Shown: piece by piece, positions 59,793-64,000 of the stretch
How positions within the stretch are numbered: the stretch's first letter is position 1
How the letters are laid out: each line of letters opens with the position of its first letter
Source of the DNA: Anthoceros angustus
Taxonomy: Eukaryota; Plantae; Anthocerotophyta
DNA length: 64,000 nucleotides
Assembly: GCA_010909165.1 (NCBI GenBank)
Contig: VJWM01000179.1
Coordinates: forward strand, 186,001-250,000
Direction: 5' to 3'
Made by a program: the position numbers and the translations under genes
Notes under the pieces: model-generated
Databases searched by the model: none
What the model was told of the DNA's origin: nothing
Seen by the model: the letters and a program-made list of their open reading frames with translations, nothing else

Positions 59793-62700
59793 ACTGGACA
59801 AGCTTATGAAAGTAAAAGCAAGGAGTCTTCAACTAAAACCAAACACCGATTCTAGATGAATGTCCGATGGAATGACGTGCGTGCATTTGGGCGATCTCCC
59901 TTTAATTCGATTTCTCCTTGGCAATTGCGGCGGATCTCCGCCGCCATCTCCCCTCCTCCACACTGGATTTTCCACTTCTTGCTGCTCCATCACCGCTGCA
60001 CTTCTTCAAGCCGAGAACCAACATTGACGGAAGGGTTAGGAGTAGGAGTGGTGGAGGTGGCATGGGAGTACTGCTGGATTGAAGGTCCGTAAGTTTTGAG
60101 CCGGTGTCACGGACAAGGGAGGAAGCGCCGCTTCTTCGCAGCTATCATCTTTCTCAAAAGGTCTGCGTGTGCACATAAGCCACTGGTGGCCCTTGTTCTC
60201 TCATCCGCAAGACCTAAGAGGAGGTGGTGGTGACTTGAGGCAGTCGTTCGCTTCTCCACGGAGCACAAGCTCTTCCACGGGCGCCGCCATGGGATTAGCG
60301 GCAGCGCCGACTCCTCCACGGCATCGAGGCGACGCTCCTCCACGGCATTAGAGGAGGCTCCTCCTCCTCCACGCATCGGGAGGCTGCTCCTCCTCCACGC
60401 ATCGGGAGGAGGCGCTTGTTCTCCACCGCATCGGCGGATCGCTTCGCTACCACACACAAGTGAGAAAAGAAAAAGCCATCGCTTTAGAGCTCATTATCAT
60501 CACCGACCCTAGAGCTCGCAGAACTAGTTGAAGGGCGATTCAAACTGGGTGCGATGCGCGGACAAAGCCGTTGATGCACAACTCACATTTCGAGGGCGAT
60601 CGCGCTGCAGCCTTCCGCTCCTTTGAGACGCCCTCCCGCTTCTTTGCCTTCACGGTGGCCCATTTTTCTGCACGCTAGGCTTGTCTCGACAAGCAAAGCC
60701 TCCTGGCTTGCGCCTACTAAACCCAACCACCGAGCCGTTAGGCGGATCCTTCCACCACGGCATCCATGCTGCGTCCCCACCACTAATCTTTGTTGGCCAA
60801 AAGTCTTGTTTCCTTATCGCGTTACGCATGACAATGCAAACCCAACCGCACTTGCACGTGTAGTGCACCATCTACATTGCAAGGTGGTTGGGGTTAGTAG
60901 AAAGGCGCTTAGCAACCTTTGCCCATGAAAGTGCGTGCCTAAAAAGCACCAAGCATAAGAGATTGGGGATGCACACAAACCTTCTTGATCCAAGGAATTC
61001 AATTTCGTAAGCCCTAATTGTGTTGTAGGTCGAAAAATCACTAACTAAACACGAGCTTGTGTGTAGTCACTAACTAAACACCATGTGCCGTTGTTAGAGC
61101 TTGTGCGTGCACACAACGCAGTGTCTGCGACCAAGATCTCGGCGTGAGAGAGGGAGGCCACCGACTCAACATGACTCCGCTAAGCAAAGTCGAGGCAATC
61201 TCTCTCGATCAAGCAATCCTTGGAAGCTGCCTGCAAAGCCAAGTCGGACAATCTTAAGCAAACAAGGTGCGGCCCTAATATCTGCGGATGTATGTATGGA
61301 GGTAGGCTACGGAGGGTGGGCAAACCAAATCCTTCATGTGGTTTTCAATAATCTTACGCTTACACACATGGTTTCCTAATGAGGCGATACAACTTTACTA
61401 TCACGATGTGTCGCTCGGTGTGGCGGATGCCCACATCTTTGTAGCCCTTCAAGCTTGTGCATTTTCTTTGTGGACACGGAATCTAGCGAAAAGTGCGGCA
61501 TGATATGTTGCATGACATTCCACGAACTTGTTTATTGCCAACTGCTGGTGGACATGTACGCAAACCTGGTGAAGGAGGCAAACACGGTTTCGATAGGTTA
61601 GCGTAAAGGATGTCGTGACATGGACGGCCCGATAGTTGGGTATGCAAATCATGGGCTTGGCCAAGAGGCGCTTGTTCAGTATGGACAAATGGAGAAGGAG
61701 GGCGATTGTGGGCAACCATGTTACCTTTGCTTGCCTTCCAAGGCTGCAAACGCAAGTGCCGCAGGGTGCATGCACTCACTGCAGAGAGGAGCCTAGATAA
61801 CACACTTGTGGGCACTTGCGGTGGACATGTAGGCAAAGTGTGGCGAAGTAGAAGATGCGCATCAAGTTTTCAATGCTTGAGCATTCTCGCCTTGCAAACG
61901 CGTGACGCTTGCAACTTTGTTGTCCACTGCATTTTCTCATGGCTTCAACATCCGATCCGCATAATTGCCACACTACATCTCTTTCACATTTCACATGGAT
62001 GCACACGCAGTGGGAAAGCCCGAGAACATCAACATCAGCCCCGATAGCGAACAAAAAAGCGAGGAGAAGAGGGCTGGCCTGATGGAAGCGAGATCGGTAG
62101 AATACCCAAGTCGCTTTAATGGCTCCGGTACTCCTTAGTGTATTCATGGATGCTAGTTCATATGGCTTCTCGCATCAAGAAATCACGTTACGAGTTCTGA
62201 TGTCCAATTTTTGGTGGAAGTTGTTTGACTAAATGACACATGAAGAGGACTGCATGTCTCTTGCCTGAAGGTGGTGCATGTCTCTTGCTTGAAGGTGGTG
62301 CATCTCTCTTGCCTGAGGGTGTTGTGGAGTGCTGGTTGCGGCCAGCTCCGCTTCCTGTGCCGTTTCCTAACTCTTGCTATGATTTATGTGAGAGCCCAAA
62401 GCAAGTGGTACAATTGGGGAACCGTGGCTTGTGTCTCTGACGACCGCCACGGGCTCCTGTGAATTTGTCAATGGCACTACGCTTACAATGTGAATTTGTC
62501 AATGGCACGAAGCCCGATCGAGGACATAACGTCAAGATCGCTTTGCAATGGACCTTGTATATGAGACTACGTTGTGAATTTGGTGTAAACGCGCAGAGGC
62601 TGATCCCGGCCTTGTCATACATTTTACAACACACAAGTGCGCTTTGCAACGAGCTGTGTTGTAAATTAGACTATGTTGTAAAATTCGTGGGAGGCCCATC

Positions 62701-64000
62701 TTGGCCTCTCTTAAACGTTTTACAATGTACAGGTGCGGTTTGCAATGGATCGTGTTGTAAATTAGATTAGGTTGTACGATGTTGTAAAACATGAGAGAGG
62801 CCCGATCCCGCCGCCTCAAACATTTTACAACATGTATAACATTTTATAACGACCGTGTTGTAAAACACGGTCCGCTGCAAAGCCCAATTGAATGCTTTGT
62901 CTTGCCGGGAGGAGGTGACCGATCGGAGAGAAGCGGGAGGAGGTGACTGACAGAGGTGTGTTTGGGTATACCTCTTCACTCCCACTTGTTGATCATTTTG
63001 GAAAGTGATGCTCCAACAACCGGATCATCTCCGGTCCTTGTAGGATGGAGTCGGGTGAAAGCTGCAGATGCATTGCTCACCGCCCAGCCCTCGCCGGTAT
63101 ATATTCGAGCGTGCTGAGAAACCAGTCCTCACCAGTGCGTTATATTCCTCTTCTTCATCTTCACGCCTGCAATTGGAGAAGGGGTTGTGGAGCGAATCGT
63201 CGAGATGTCGTCCTCCTCTAAGGATGCGAACCCCGCCACCAAGAAGAGACTCCCTAGGCCGCTGTGCAAGCAAGGCGGCTAGGACAACCGCCTCCTCTGC
63301 TGCCGCAAGGGACCCACGACACTGCGGGAAGCTGAGCCGACTAAGAAACGGAGCGCCCGCACAACGCGGGTGCCGAGGACTAGGCGCGAGGCCATAATCG
63401 CGGAGGACATGGGAGGTCCTCCATTGCGGCGCTTAGCTTCCACAATTTCTCCCACGCTGCCCCTACGCCACCCGCAAAGAGGGAGCCTGTGGCCTCATGC
63501 CTGTGGGCCCGAGGCTATGTCTGACGGAGGAGGTGAGGCCCTCACGGCCTCGAATTTCCCTCGAGGTAACCCCGATAAGGATGTGAAGATTGTGAGCCTA
63601 GGCACCGTGCAATGTACCGCCTCCTATCTCGTATCGATGCAAGCATACCGGTCTCATGAAACGGATCGAAAGGAGTTACACTGCCTCGGTCATGTTGTAA
63701 GTCACATGAAGTGACCGGTTTTGCTTCATCTCTGCTCCTACTCCCACTCGCTCTAAAGCTATCTAATTGCTTTGTGTCTTGACTGCAGGATCTGTCTTGA
63801 GGATTGAGGTATAACATTTTACAACATGTATAACATTTTACAATGTATTTGCAATGAACATGCCACATCAGCAATTTCACTAATATATAGCCTCATAAAT
63901 GACATAAATCAGGAAAAGGTCTCTTCCACATATTTACAACGGCATTTGACAAACATGCCACATCGAATCTTACTAATATATAACCTCATAAATTACATAA

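Larger units (their letters stand above)
53788..64000. mobile_element. CACTA transposon 2 (terminus CACTACAAGAAAA at 53788, repeated at 55760), probably extending past the window
   Basis: Canonical CACTACAAGAAAA TIR followed by clustered TTACAACG/CGTTGTAA subterminal motifs. The same motif recurs at 62560-62870 and 63810-63950. Degenerate TnpA-like (57960-59220) and TnpD-like (60500-62200) coding remnants lie on the minus strand. Confidence 0.72.

Overview
Eukaryotic nuclear DNA, inferred to come from a non-seed land plant (bryophyte or lycophyte grade). The clues are compact GT-AG intron genes, a PLS-type PPR relic, a CYP71-clan P450 relic and a flagellar FAM166-like gene. The window has two parts. 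(1) 1-25.6 kb is gene-dense. It holds a group-C bZIP, a 3xKH RNA-binding protein, a FAM166/UPF0605-like ciliary microtubule inner protein, an intronless Twinkle primase-helicase, an intron-containing tRNA-Tyr, a tRNA-Asp pseudogene, PPR and P450 pseudogenes, and a PHD-like zinc-finger gene. (2) 25.6-64 kb is a nested transposon island rich in small indels. Its most notable element is a minus-strand Ty3/Gypsy LTR retrotransposon (25619-45464, poly-C target-site duplication). Its polyprotein carries a C5 cytosine DNA methyltransferase between the protease and RT, and its primer-binding site is complementary to its own predicted R region (Tf1-like self-priming) rather than to a tRNA. A second Ty3/Gypsy element is nested inside it, with a tRNA-Asp PBS and very long LTRs (4.3-5.4 kb) that carry an extra coding-like region in U3. 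Further right are an integrase fragment, two nested CACTA transposons and a duplicated ~93-bp satellite array built from CACTA subterminal motifs. All calls come from reading motifs by eye; no database searches were run.
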